From a phage, in NCBI GenBank assembly GCA_023732985.1, contig GCA_023732985.1_3946.1: a DNA stretch of 64,000 nucleotides; one strand, given 5' to 3'. Each line of letters opens with the position of its first letter. The stretch's first letter is position 1. Under the pieces are notes generated by a model, which did not search any database, was not told where the DNA came from, and worked only from the letters and a program-made list of their open reading frames with translations. This document shows, one piece after another, positions 44,486 to 51,431 of the stretch. The translations under genes were made by a program, and so were the position numbers.

Positions 44486-44569
44486 TGTCGTTATCCCGTA
44501 GATGGTAGCGGTGGGGACTGTAAATCCCTTGTCATTGAGACTCGGTAGGTTCGACTCCTACACGGCACA
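44486..44569 (+). tRNA. tRNA-Tyr (anticodon GTA), long variable arm
   Basis: 84 nt; acceptor GTGTCGT/ACGGCAC; anticodon loop CTGTAAA. Confidence 0.6.
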
Positions 44570-44577
44570 CCAATAAA

Positions 44578-44651
44578 GGCTATGTAGTTTAACTGGAGAA
44601 AATACTCCCCTGTCACGGGAGATGATGTGAGTTCAAGTCTCATCGTAGCCG
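44578..44651 (+). tRNA. tRNA-Asp (anticodon GTC)
   Basis: acceptor GGCTATG/CGTAGCC; anticodon stem CTCCC/GGGAG, loop CTGTCAC. Confidence 0.7.
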
Positions 44652-44719
44652 CCAATTTTGAGAGGGCTATTTAGCTCCTCCCTTAAAGAGTTCTTACGAG
44701 TATTCTTTAAAGGAGCAGA

Positions 44720-44787
44720 AGACCAAATACAGCAAGAATGTATGAAATTTCAAGCCAATTTAATTTTGAAAATTTAAAACTTGGTCT
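44720..44787 (+). ncRNA. tRNA-spacer hairpin element, copy 3
   Basis: closing stem AGACCAA/TTGGTCT with conserved ATACAGCAAG. Confidence 0.4.
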
Positions 44788-44806
44788 GGCTCAACAAATT
44801 TACAGA

Positions 44807-44932
44807 AGACCGTTTACAGCAAAACTTAAACAATCTATTTCTCCGGTAAAGAAAAGGCGAAGGTTCGATTCCTTCACTCGGCAGATGTCGAGTTGGTGTA
44901 ATGGTAGCACTTAAGATGATAAACAACGGTCT
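44807..44932 (+). ncRNA. tRNA-spacer hairpin element, copy 4, carrying a permuted tRNA-like module (candidate Y RNA-like tRNA mimic)
   Basis: closing stem AGACCGTT/AACGGTCT; inside, T-arm GAAGG-TTCGATT-CCTTC, then ACTCGGC, AGAT loop, GTCGAGT (7 bp acceptor-like helix), then D-arm-like GTGTAATGGTAGCAC. Confidence 0.4.
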
Positions 44933-44940
44933 GGTAATTA

Positions 44941-45072
44941 TCTTTGTAGATAAGTTATTAAGCTTACCTGTGAGTATGCGACCACAAAGGGTGAAGGGTA
45001 AATTCTAGATTTAAACCTAAAAGGCACATCGCTACAGACCTTAAGCAAGTCTGGGTAGCTTATCTACAAAGA
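44941..45072 (+). ncRNA. structured element closed by a 14 bp perfect inverted repeat
   Basis: TCTTTGTAGATAAG ... CTTATCTACAAAGA enclosing about 105 nt. Confidence 0.35.
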
Positions 45073-45080
45073 TAATTTAA

Positions 45081-45154
45081 TGGAAGTGTAGCAGAATGGT
45101 GATGCGGCAGACTTTTAATCTGACAGGCGATGGGTTCGAATCCCTCCACTTCTA
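45081..45154 (+). tRNA. tRNA-Lys (anticodon TTT)
   Basis: acceptor GGAAGTG/CACTTCT; anticodon loop CTTTTAA; paralog of the tRNA at 46672. Confidence 0.6.
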
Positions 45155-45161
45155 CCAATAT

Positions 45162-45234
45162 GGTTCAGTCGCAGATAAGGTAATGCAAGGGTCTCATAAG
45201 CCCTATGAATGTGGGTTCGATTCCCATCTGAACC
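45162..45234 (+). tRNA. tRNA with CAT anticodon (Met, fMet or Ile2)
   Basis: acceptor GGTTCAG/CTGAACC; anticodon stem AGGGT/GCCCT, loop CTCATAA. Confidence 0.65.
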
Positions 45235-45240
45235 TCCAAT

Positions 45241-45312
45241 TGTGGGTTAGCATAAATGGTAATGCAAACGGCTGATAACCGTTAGAAGAGGGTTCGATAC
45301 CCTCACCTACAA
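45241..45312 (+). tRNA. tRNA-Ile (anticodon GAT)
   Basis: acceptor TGTGGGT/ACCTACA; anticodon stem AACGG/CCGTT, loop CTGATAA. Confidence 0.65.
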
Positions 45313-45330
45313 CCAATTTCAATAAAGTTG

Positions 45331-45359
45331 TTGACATTGAGATGTGACTACTTTATAGT
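45331..45359 (+). promoter_or_regulatory. sigma70-like promoter
   Basis: TTGACA, 17 bp spacer, TATAGT. Confidence 0.5.
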
Positions 45360-45368
45360 AACCTTAGT

Positions 45369-45427
45369 TTTCGTTGCGTAGCGTCTATTTTGCAAATTTA
45401 AAATAAATGCAAACGACAATGTTTTTC
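45369..45427 (+). ncRNA. candidate small RNA (promoter to T-tract)
   Basis: about 60 nt between the promoter and an imperfect hairpin ending TGTTTTT; no ORF. Confidence 0.3.
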
Positions 45428-45563
45428 TGGCAGTAGCTTGATAGGCTAAACACCAGTGAGGTCTTCCAATCCCTCATCAAAGAATTTGGCGTACTCGCCC
45501 ACGGTATGATTAATAAGGTGGGCATCTTTAAGGGCTTTCTAAGAGAGTCTTTAAAGATAATTA

Positions 45564-45642
45564 CGGGGCGTATCTCAGCGGTCTTCTAAACCGCCGTTAA
45601 CCGAGTAAGTGGAGTATGCGGGTTCGAGTCCTGCCGCCTCGA
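45564..45642 (+). tRNA. tRNA-like gene, non-canonical fold, isotype unresolved
   Basis: 7 bp acceptor CGGGGCG/CGCCTCG and T-arm GCGGG-TTCGAGT-CCTGC, but D and anticodon arms could not be placed by hand. Confidence 0.35.
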
Positions 45643-45659
45643 CCAATTTTGGAGAAATC

Positions 45660-46007
45660 ATGAAAACTTGTATTAGGTGCAAACTTAGCAAGGATGAAAA
45701 TGATTTCTACATGAAAGATGGTAGGAGAACTCATTCATACTGTAAAAAGTGTGTTAATGAGCAAACCATAGAAAGACAAAGAGCACTTAAACTCTTAGCT
45801 ATTGAGTACAAAGGTGGGGTTTGTCATGATTGTGGTAAGAAGTATCATCCAGCAGTGTATGACTTCCATCATTTGAATCCTTCAGATAAAGATTTTAACA
45901 TTGGTCATAGGAAAAGCCTTAAGTTCTCTCAAGAACTAAAAGATGAACTTGACAAATGTGTTTTGCTATGTTCAAATTGCCATAGGGTAAGACATGCAAA
46001 ATATTAG
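45660..46007 (+). CDS. HNH homing endonuclease
   Basis: ATG at 45660 (track start overlaps the tRNA-like gene); CxxC pairs plus DFHHLNP...LLCSNCHRVRH. Confidence 0.65.
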   Translation: MKTCIRCKLSKDENDFYMKDGRRTHSYCKKCVNEQTIERQRALKLLAIEYKGGVCHDCGKKYHPAVYDFHHLNPSDKDFNIGHRKSLKFSQELKDELDKCVLLCSNCHRVRHAKY

Positions 46008-46144
46008 TTAGCAGATTACTTAGACGGCCTTAGCGGGTCTTCCTGTAGGGAGGTGGTCTGTATCTCATGTTTTCCAGAACATGTAAATAATCTGAGAAGG
46101 AGCTTGACAGTGTTGAGATAATACGGTAAGCTTCGAATTATAGT

Positions 46145-46224
46145 ATGGGACGATGTTAAGACTCTAAGGCATGAGCAACGGCTTCCAACACCGTTTCAAA
46201 GGGGTTCAACTCCTCCGTCCCATG
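46145..46224 (+). tRNA. tRNA-like gene, non-canonical fold (possible CCA anticodon, Trp)
   Basis: 7 bp acceptor ATGGGAC/GTCCCAT and T-loop TTCAACT; D region about 6 nt too long; candidate anticodon loop TTCCAAC. Confidence 0.35.
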
Positions 46225-46240
46225 CCAAAGTCTTATTAGG

Positions 46241-46328
46241 GGTAGGTAGCGGCTAATGGTAGCCAAACTGTCTTGAAAACAGTTGCCACTGTAGAGATAC
46301 GGTGAGGGTTCGACTCCTTTACTTACCG
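46241..46328 (+). tRNA. tRNA-Ser (anticodon TGA), long variable arm
   Basis: 88 nt; acceptor GGTAGGT/ACTTACC; anticodon stem ACTGT/ACAGT, loop CTTGAAA. Confidence 0.6.
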
Positions 46329-46586
46329 CCTAATAAGATTTTAAAGCCAAGCTTCATTCGGATGTTGCTTTGGTATCCCTCGTGTATTGTCGTACACACT
46401 GATAAAACACCTAGTAGGTGTCACGGAGAAGAGATAATATCAAGCTCTCCAAAGGTTCTAGTCACCGGATTAAACAAGACTATGCAAAGACCTTTTTAGG
46501 TCTTTTTAGAGGGCTTCTAAGGTTATTACGGCTTGTTGTGGAACCTTGTTGCTTAGGTTCTTAGAAGTTCTCTAAAAAGATTTAAT

Positions 46587-46661
46587 GGGAGATTGACGGT
46601 AATTGGTAAACCTATCTCGCTTAGAACGAGATGTTTGAGGGTTCGAATCCCTTGTCTCCTA
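46587..46661 (+). tRNA. tRNA with TAG anticodon (Leu-type) but short variable arm
   Basis: anticodon stem ATCTCG/CGAGAT (6 bp), loop CTTAGAA; T-arm GAGGG-TTCGAAT-CCCTT; variable region 5 nt. Confidence 0.5.
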
Positions 46662-46671
46662 CCAAATTAAT

Positions 46672-46745
46672 GCAGGTGTAGCAAAATGGTTATGCGGCTG
46701 ACTCTTAATCAGTAAGACGATGGGTTCAATTCCCTCCACCTGTAC
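46672..46745 (+). tRNA. tRNA-Lys (anticodon CTT)
   Basis: paralog of the 45081 tRNA with a compensatory anticodon-stem change; loop CTCTTAA. Confidence 0.55.
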
Positions 46746-46752
46746 CAAAAAT

Positions 46753-46825
46753 GGGGTCATAGTTTATATGGTTAAAATTCGAGTTTTGCAAACTTGGGAA
46801 CTGAGTTCAATTCTCAGTGACTCCA
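46753..46825 (+). tRNA. tRNA-Ala (anticodon TGC)
   Basis: G3:U70 pair in acceptor GGGGTCA/TGACTCC; anticodon loop TTTGCAA. Confidence 0.6.
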
Positions 46826-46834
46826 CCAATTAGT

Positions 46835-46906
46835 GCATCCATAGTTTAAACGGGAAAATTACAGTCTTCCAAACTGAGGTTGAGGGTTCGATTCCCTCTG
46901 GATGCT
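46835..46906 (+). tRNA. tRNA-Gly (anticodon TCC)
   Basis: acceptor GCATCCA/TGGATGC; anticodon loop CTTCCAA. Confidence 0.65.
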
Positions 46907-46916
46907 CCAAATTAAT

Positions 46917-46989
46917 GCTCCTATCGTATAATTGGCTATTACGGTTGCCTTGTAAGCAACTTATCAGGGTTCGAATCCTTGTGGGAGCA
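46917..46989 (+). tRNA. tRNA-Thr (anticodon TGT)
   Basis: anticodon stem GTTGC/GCAAC, loop CTTGTAA; T-arm CAGGG-TTCGAAT-CCTTG. Confidence 0.65.
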
Positions 46990-47087
46990 CCAATTCAGAG
47001 GTCAAGTGAAAGACCGCTGGTGTCAACTGAAGACCGTAACAAATTCCACGGAGTTGAGTTAGCGGCACAACTTCAGACCTCTTTCAC

Positions 47088-47159
47088 ACTCGCTTAGTTT
47101 ATATGGTAAAACATCACCCTTACAAGATGAAGAAAAAGGTTCAAGTCCTTTAGTGAGTA
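47088..47159 (+). tRNA. tRNA-Val (anticodon TAC)
   Basis: D-stem GTTT/AAAC; anticodon loop CTTACAA; T-arm AAAGG-TTCAAGT-CCTTT. Confidence 0.55.
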
Positions 47160-47163
47160 CCAT

Positions 47164-47239
47164 GTTCCAGTATCCCAATTGGCAGAGGATGCAAGCTCAA
47201 ACCTTGTATTAGTGACGGTTCGAATCCGTCTTGGAACAC
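47164..47239 (+). tRNA. tRNA with CAA anticodon (Leu-type) but short variable arm
   Basis: anticodon stem TGCAAG/CTTGTA, loop CTCAAAC; T-arm GACGG-TTCGAAT-CCGTC. Confidence 0.5.
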
Positions 47240-47355
47240 CAATTTTAGGAGAACACTATGAGCAATAAGTCAATTGCAAAAAAGTTTAGAGCGTCATACC
47301 TAAACAGACGTAAAAACAAAGTTTGTGAAAAACTGTATGGTGTTCTCGTAGGTAA

Positions 47356-47428
47356 GCAGGATTAGTTCAAATGGATAGAGCAACAGTCTACGAAGCTGTT
47401 AATAGGGGTTCGAATCCCTTATCCTGCA
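47356..47428 (+). tRNA. tRNA-Arg (anticodon ACG)
   Basis: perfect acceptor GCAGGAT/ATCCTGC; anticodon loop CTACGAA. Confidence 0.65.
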
Positions 47429-47450
47429 CCAATTTAAAGAGGCTATTTAG

Positions 47451-48008
47451 ATGAGATATTTGAAGTATGCTTCATGGATTTTCTTAGCTTTGTTAGAGCC
47501 ATTTGCAGCAATCTTAGCAGTTATCTTAGCACCTTTTGTAGTTCCATTCTACAGTGAGAAGAAAGGACACTTACCTTTCGGGTTCAGATGGATGGAGACA
47601 TATGACAACCCAATTGATGGTGATGAAGGTCACGTTAAAAGATGGGCTAATATTAGATGGATTGGTAAACTAGGTGTCTACATGCAAAGAGTCGGATGGC
47701 TCTGGAGAAACAAAGCTTATAACTTCTCTTACCATGTATTAGGAAGAGATGTAAGAGATGTTACTAAGTGGAAAGGTAATATCAACGTAAGTTCTAACCC
47801 TGAAGATAATCAGACTGGTTATCTCCTAATGTGGAACAGTAATGCTTGGGGATTATTCGCTTTTATCCCATCAATTAAAGTCTTCGGTAAACAGTTTTAC
47901 TGGAGAATTTATGTTGGATGGAAACTTAAAAGTGTTGTCCCAGAAGAAAGAGCATTCTCAAGGGAAAGAGTTATGTTGGCATTCTTTATTCATCCACTGA
48001 GAAAGTAA
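47451..48008 (+). CDS. hypothetical membrane protein inside the tRNA cluster
   Basis: AAGAGG RBS; N-terminal hydrophobic segment. Confidence 0.45.
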   Translation: MRYLKYASWIFLALLEPFAAILAVILAPFVVPFYSEKKGHLPFGFRWMETYDNPIDGDEGHVKRWANIRWIGKLGVYMQRVGWLWRNKAYNFSYHVLGRDVRDVTKWKGNINVSSNPEDNQTGYLLMWNSNAWGLFAFIPSIKVFGKQFYWRIYVGWKLKSVVPEERAFSRERVMLAFFIHPLRK

Positions 48009-48016
48009 AGATTTAA

Positions 48017-48090
48017 AGGGGATTAGTTTACAAGGTTAAAACCTAGGTCTTTGAAATCGAAGAAGTTGGTTCAATTCCAACATCCCCCGC
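48017..48090 (+). tRNA. tRNA-Gln (anticodon TTG)
   Basis: T-arm GTTGG-TTCAATT-CCAAC; anticodon loop CTTTGAA; stem has one mismatch. Confidence 0.5.
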
Positions 48091-48094
48091 CAAT

Positions 48095-48169
48095 GCTCCA
48101 TTACTCCAATTGGCAGAGAGGCCAGACTTAAAATCTGTGTTATGTATCGGTTCGAATCCGATATGGAGT
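48095..48169 (+). tRNA. tRNA with TAA anticodon (Leu-type) but short variable arm
   Basis: acceptor GCTCCAT/ATGGAGT; T-arm ATCGG-TTCGAAT-CCGAT; anticodon loop CTTAAAA. Confidence 0.45.
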
Positions 48170-48177
48170 ACCAAATT

Positions 48178-48252
48178 TAGCGGTATAGCATAACTGGCAA
48201 TGCAGCAGTCTCTGAAGCTGTCCTATTAAGGTTCAAATCCTTATGCCGCTGC
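48178..48252 (+). tRNA. tRNA-Gln (anticodon CTG)
   Basis: acceptor AGCGGTA/TGCCGCT; anticodon loop CTCTGAA. Confidence 0.55.
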
Positions 48253-48285
48253 CACTTCTAAGGATTCTTACGAGAGTCCTTAAAT

Positions 48286-48358
48286 GTGGCCTTATCATAA
48301 ATGGTAATGACCCATGCTGTGAACATGGTCTATACGGGTTCAAATCCCGTAGGTCACC
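48286..48358 (+). tRNA. tRNA-His (anticodon GTG)
   Basis: anticodon stem CCATG/CATGG, loop CTGTGAA; acceptor GTGGCCT/AGGTCAC. Confidence 0.65.
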
Positions 48359-48367
48359 CCAATTTAT

Positions 48368-48440
48368 AGTCCAAGTAGCTTATATGGTTAAAGCGCGTGT
48401 CTGAAAAACATGAGAAGAGGGTTCAAATCCCACTGGACTA
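48368..48440 (+). tRNA. tRNA-Phe (anticodon GAA)
   Basis: anticodon loop CTGAAAA; T-arm GAGGG-TTCAAAT-CCCAC. Confidence 0.6.
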
Positions 48441-48459
48441 CCAATTTCAAAGGTGCTTA

Positions 48460-49194
48460 ATGAAAGAGATGACAGAACAAGGTAAGGAGATTTTCAATCT
48501 CTTAAAAACCGGTAAAGGGTTTTCTAACCCCCTTATTACTGGTGCAGCAGTTCTCGGTGGAACCGTAGCTGCCTCTACATCACTTGTAAGCTCTATTAGC
48601 TCTGTATCAGACCCTACAGTAAAGGATAAGCTTGTTGCTGCTGGACTTACAACAGTTCTGCTTAACAGCTTTACCACGAGTCTGACAAGCACTACATCAA
48701 CTACCAAAACACTAACAGATTACGGTCAAAAGTCCATTGATGAGTTTTCATCACGTATGCAGGTAGCAAAAGGTTACTCTAATGTTATGGGTGCAGCAGG
48801 TGAACAAGTTGGCTGTACACCATTTAGTGGTATTATGGGTGTTGCTACAGAGTATGGTCAAAAAACTATTGATACGATTAACAGTGTACTAGATAGTGTT
48901 AATGGTGTGTTAAGTGACTTACAAGATGCTATTGACAAAGGTCTTGATACTATTTCTGATTTAGCTGAGCAAGCTGTTAGTAAGATTAATGAAGGTATTT
49001 CAAAAATTACAGCTTATGCAGATGAAGTTGTGCAGATGATTGAAGAAGAAGCTGCTCTTATTGCAGAGTACCTTAAAACGAATATCAATGGGTTCTTAGC
49101 AGGTATCTTACCAGACTGGTTTGATGATGCTTGTAAAACTGGTGTAATTGACACTATTGCAACACCAGAAATGAAGAACGCATTACAGAAATAA
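48460..49194 (+). CDS. hypothetical protein (Ser/Thr-rich)
   Basis: ATG at 48460, in frame with the track ORF whose upstream part overlaps tRNA-Phe. Confidence 0.55.
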   Translation: MKEMTEQGKEIFNLLKTGKGFSNPLITGAAVLGGTVAASTSLVSSISSVSDPTVKDKLVAAGLTTVLLNSFTTSLTSTTSTTKTLTDYGQKSIDEFSSRMQVAKGYSNVMGAAGEQVGCTPFSGIMGVATEYGQKTIDTINSVLDSVNGVLSDLQDAIDKGLDTISDLAEQAVSKINEGISKITAYADEVVQMIEEEAALIAEYLKTNINGFLAGILPDWFDDACKTGVIDTIATPEMKNALQK

Positions 49195-49196
49195 AT

Positions 49197-49286
49197 GGAA
49201 GATTAACCCTAAAAGGTAAGGGAGCAGTTTGCTAAACTGCCAGTAGCTGAGAAATCGGTGTACCAGTTCAAGTCTGGTATCTTCCT
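49197..49286 (+). tRNA. tRNA-Ser (anticodon GCT), long variable arm
   Basis: 90 nt; perfect acceptor GGAAGAT/ATCTTCC; anticodon stem GCAGT/ACTGC, loop TTGCTAA. Confidence 0.6.
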
Positions 49287-49295
49287 CCAATTTGA

Positions 49296-49368
49296 ATCCG
49301 TGACAGAAACGGCTATGTGCCTGTCTGCAAAACAGGTTTATAAGGGTTCGAGTCCCTTCGGATTCTCC
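49296..49368 (+). tRNA. tRNA-Cys (anticodon GCA)
   Basis: perfect acceptor GAATCCG/CGGATTC; anticodon stem CCTGT/ACAGG, loop CTGCAAA. Confidence 0.7.
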
Positions 49369-49406
49369 AAGTTATTTTACTCTCTCTCAATTAAAATAAT
49401 AATAAT

Positions 49407-49467
49407 GCCCTGCTATAAGTATTCTTCCTTTCGCTACCGAAGAGTATTTTTAGACAGGGCTTTTTTA
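49407..49467 (+). terminator. terminator-like structure after the tRNA cluster
   Basis: GCCCTG ... CAGGGC closing a structured loop, followed by TTTTTT. Confidence 0.4.
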
Positions 49468-49591
49468 CAGAGTTATACTTTATAGGAAGACTTATACAGT
49501 ATGTCTCTGACGTACATTGTGGTTTCTCCTTGACGGTCTCTGTGCCGTCTTTTTTAAGGGGAAACATGATTAACTATTTGGAGAAAACATA

Positions 49592-49792
49592 ATGAGCGAG
49601 ACCGTTTATAAAGAACTTTATGAAGCTAATAAAAAGCTAGAATTTATGCAGAATACTATCATGGCAATTGCAGACAGATTGTCTGTAGCAACAGGTATTG
49701 ATATTAAAGAAGCATCTATGGATGCACTTCTTGATGCTGTTGATGCAAAGTTCGAAGTTAAGAAAGAAGAGACTGCTACAGACTCTGAATAA
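49592..49792 (+). CDS. small hypothetical protein upstream of terminase
   Basis: GGAGAAAACATAATG context; 66 aa helical acidic. Confidence 0.45.
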   Translation: MSETVYKELYEANKKLEFMQNTIMAIADRLSVATGIDIKEASMDALLDAVDAKFEVKKEETATDSE

Positions 49793-49813
49793 TTCTATTT
49801 GCGGAGGTGCTTA

Positions 49814-51415
49814 ATGGACTTAAATGCTGTTAAGCAGAAGCGAGTGGAAGATGTTAGGAAAGTCCTAGCTGGAGAGTTGGGGCTTTCTGATGAAGTAAAA
49901 GAAATTATCAAATCATTCGGTAAAGACCCCTCTAAATTCCTTCCAACTCAAATTCTGACTTTATTAAGATATACACCAGACCAAGTTAGACTTATCTTCA
50001 AATTGATGACTGATAAGAACTATGTAGCCCCTCAGCCGGGTTCTCAAGAGGTCTTTTTAAATACTAATGCTGACTTGGTTCTCTATGGTGGTGCTGCTGG
50101 TGCTGGTAAAACTGCTGCATTGTTAATGGACTCTTTAAGGTTTATTGAAGACCCTAACTATAATGCTGTATATTTCCGTCGAAATACAACACAGCTACAA
50201 GGTGGTTTATGGCCTGCTGCAAAGAAACTATTTGGTAAGTTTGGTGGGGTTCCTCACGAGCAGAAGATGACTATCACATTCCCTTCTGGGGCAACTATCA
50301 AGTTTACTTATTTAGAACTTGAAAAACACGCTGAAGGTCATCAGGGTATTGAATACTCAGCTATTTACTTTGATGAAGGTACACACTTCTCTGCTTCACA
50401 GATTTCATACCTACAAACACGTCTGCGTTCTGGTGCTGAAGGTGATTCATACATGAAGATTTCCATGAACCCAGACAGAGACCACTTTATTTATGATTGG
50501 GTAGAACCATTCTTAGATGAAGAAGGTTATCCAGACCCTGAAAAGTGTGGTCGTATTCGTTGGTACGTAATGAATGACGGTGTGATGGTTTCTGATTGGG
50601 AGAGAGACAAGATTCTTGAAATGTTCCCTCTTGAGATTCCTCAAACATACACCTTTATCTCTGGTACGATTGATGATAACCCAATCCTTGACTTCTTAGA
50701 ACCTAAGTACCGTGGTAAGTTGGAAAACAACACCCCTGTAAACGTTGCAAGACTTCGTTTCGGTAACTGGAAGGCTCGTGCAGAAGGTTCAAACTACTGG
50801 CAAAGACAATGGTGTGAAATTGTTGATTCACTCCCAGAAGATGTATTTGATGTTAGAGCATGGGACTTAGCAGCAACTTTACCATCTGAGATTAACCCTA
50901 ATCCAGACTGGACAGCAGGTGTTAAGATGGGTAAATCTAAAAAAGACGGTTGCTATTATATCATTGATGTAGTAAGATTTAGAGATAGACCCTCTGGAGT
51001 CGAAACACAAATTAATTTGACTGCTGAAAGTGACGGTAAGCGAACTGGTATTTTTATCCCTCAAGACCCAGGCGCTGCTGGTAAATCCTACGCAACATCC
51101 CTCATCAGGAAACTTGCCGAGAAAGGTTATCGTGCAAGAGCTAAACCAACAAATAAAGATAAAGTTACCCGCTTTGCGGGATTTTCTGCTGCTTCTGAGG
51201 CTGGACTTGTAAAAGTCTTGAGAGGTAGTTGGAACGAAGCTTATTTTCAAGAGCTTGAAGGCTTTTGTGGTGATGGCAAAACTAAAGATGACCAAGTGGA
51301 TGCTACCAGTGATGCTTTCAACAGTCTTAACGAAGTTAAATTATTCAAGCCACCATCAATGGGTGCTCACACAGACTTAGTGAGAGGAAACCCATATGAG
51401 GGGCTTAGACGTTGA
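49814..51415 (+). CDS. terminase large subunit
   Basis: ATG at 49814 after GGAGG; Walker A-like LYGGAAGAGKTAA; position directly before the portal gene. Confidence 0.85.
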   Translation: MDLNAVKQKRVEDVRKVLAGELGLSDEVKEIIKSFGKDPSKFLPTQILTLLRYTPDQVRLIFKLMTDKNYVAPQPGSQEVFLNTNADLVLYGGAAGAGKTAALLMDSLRFIEDPNYNAVYFRRNTTQLQGGLWPAAKKLFGKFGGVPHEQKMTITFPSGATIKFTYLELEKHAEGHQGIEYSAIYFDEGTHFSASQISYLQTRLRSGAEGDSYMKISMNPDRDHFIYDWVEPFLDEEGYPDPEKCGRIRWYVMNDGVMVSDWERDKILEMFPLEIPQTYTFISGTIDDNPILDFLEPKYRGKLENNTPVNVARLRFGNWKARAEGSNYWQRQWCEIVDSLPEDVFDVRAWDLAATLPSEINPNPDWTAGVKMGKSKKDGCYYIIDVVRFRDRPSGVETQINLTAESDGKRTGIFIPQDPGAAGKSYATSLIRKLAEKGYRARAKPTNKDKVTRFAGFSAASEAGLVKVLRGSWNEAYFQELEGFCGDGKTKDDQVDATSDAFNSLNEVKLFKPPSMGAHTDLVRGNPYEGLRR

Positions 51416-51431
51416 TAGCTAGGTGAGAAGA

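Noticed and set aside
46302-46499. 65 aa plus-strand ORF in the track
   Set aside because: Starts inside tRNA-Ser and runs through structured spacer sequence; no RBS; judged spurious.
46915-47097. 60 aa plus-strand ORF in the track
   Set aside because: Overlaps tRNA-Thr and the following spacer hairpin; judged spurious.
48397-48459. Upstream start of the track ORF 48397..49194
   Set aside because: The first 63 nt overlap tRNA-Phe; the in-frame ATG at 48460 is the more plausible start.
43970-49400. tRNA cluster as a possible integration site with a nearby integrase
   Set aside because: No integrase-like ORF (tyrosine or serine recombinase motifs) was seen in the window; about 27 tRNAs in one array is typical of a phage-encoded tRNA set, not an attachment site.
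49258-49485. 75 aa plus-strand ORF in the track
   Set aside because: Overlaps tRNA-Ser(GCT) and tRNA-Cys and the terminator-like structure; judged spurious.
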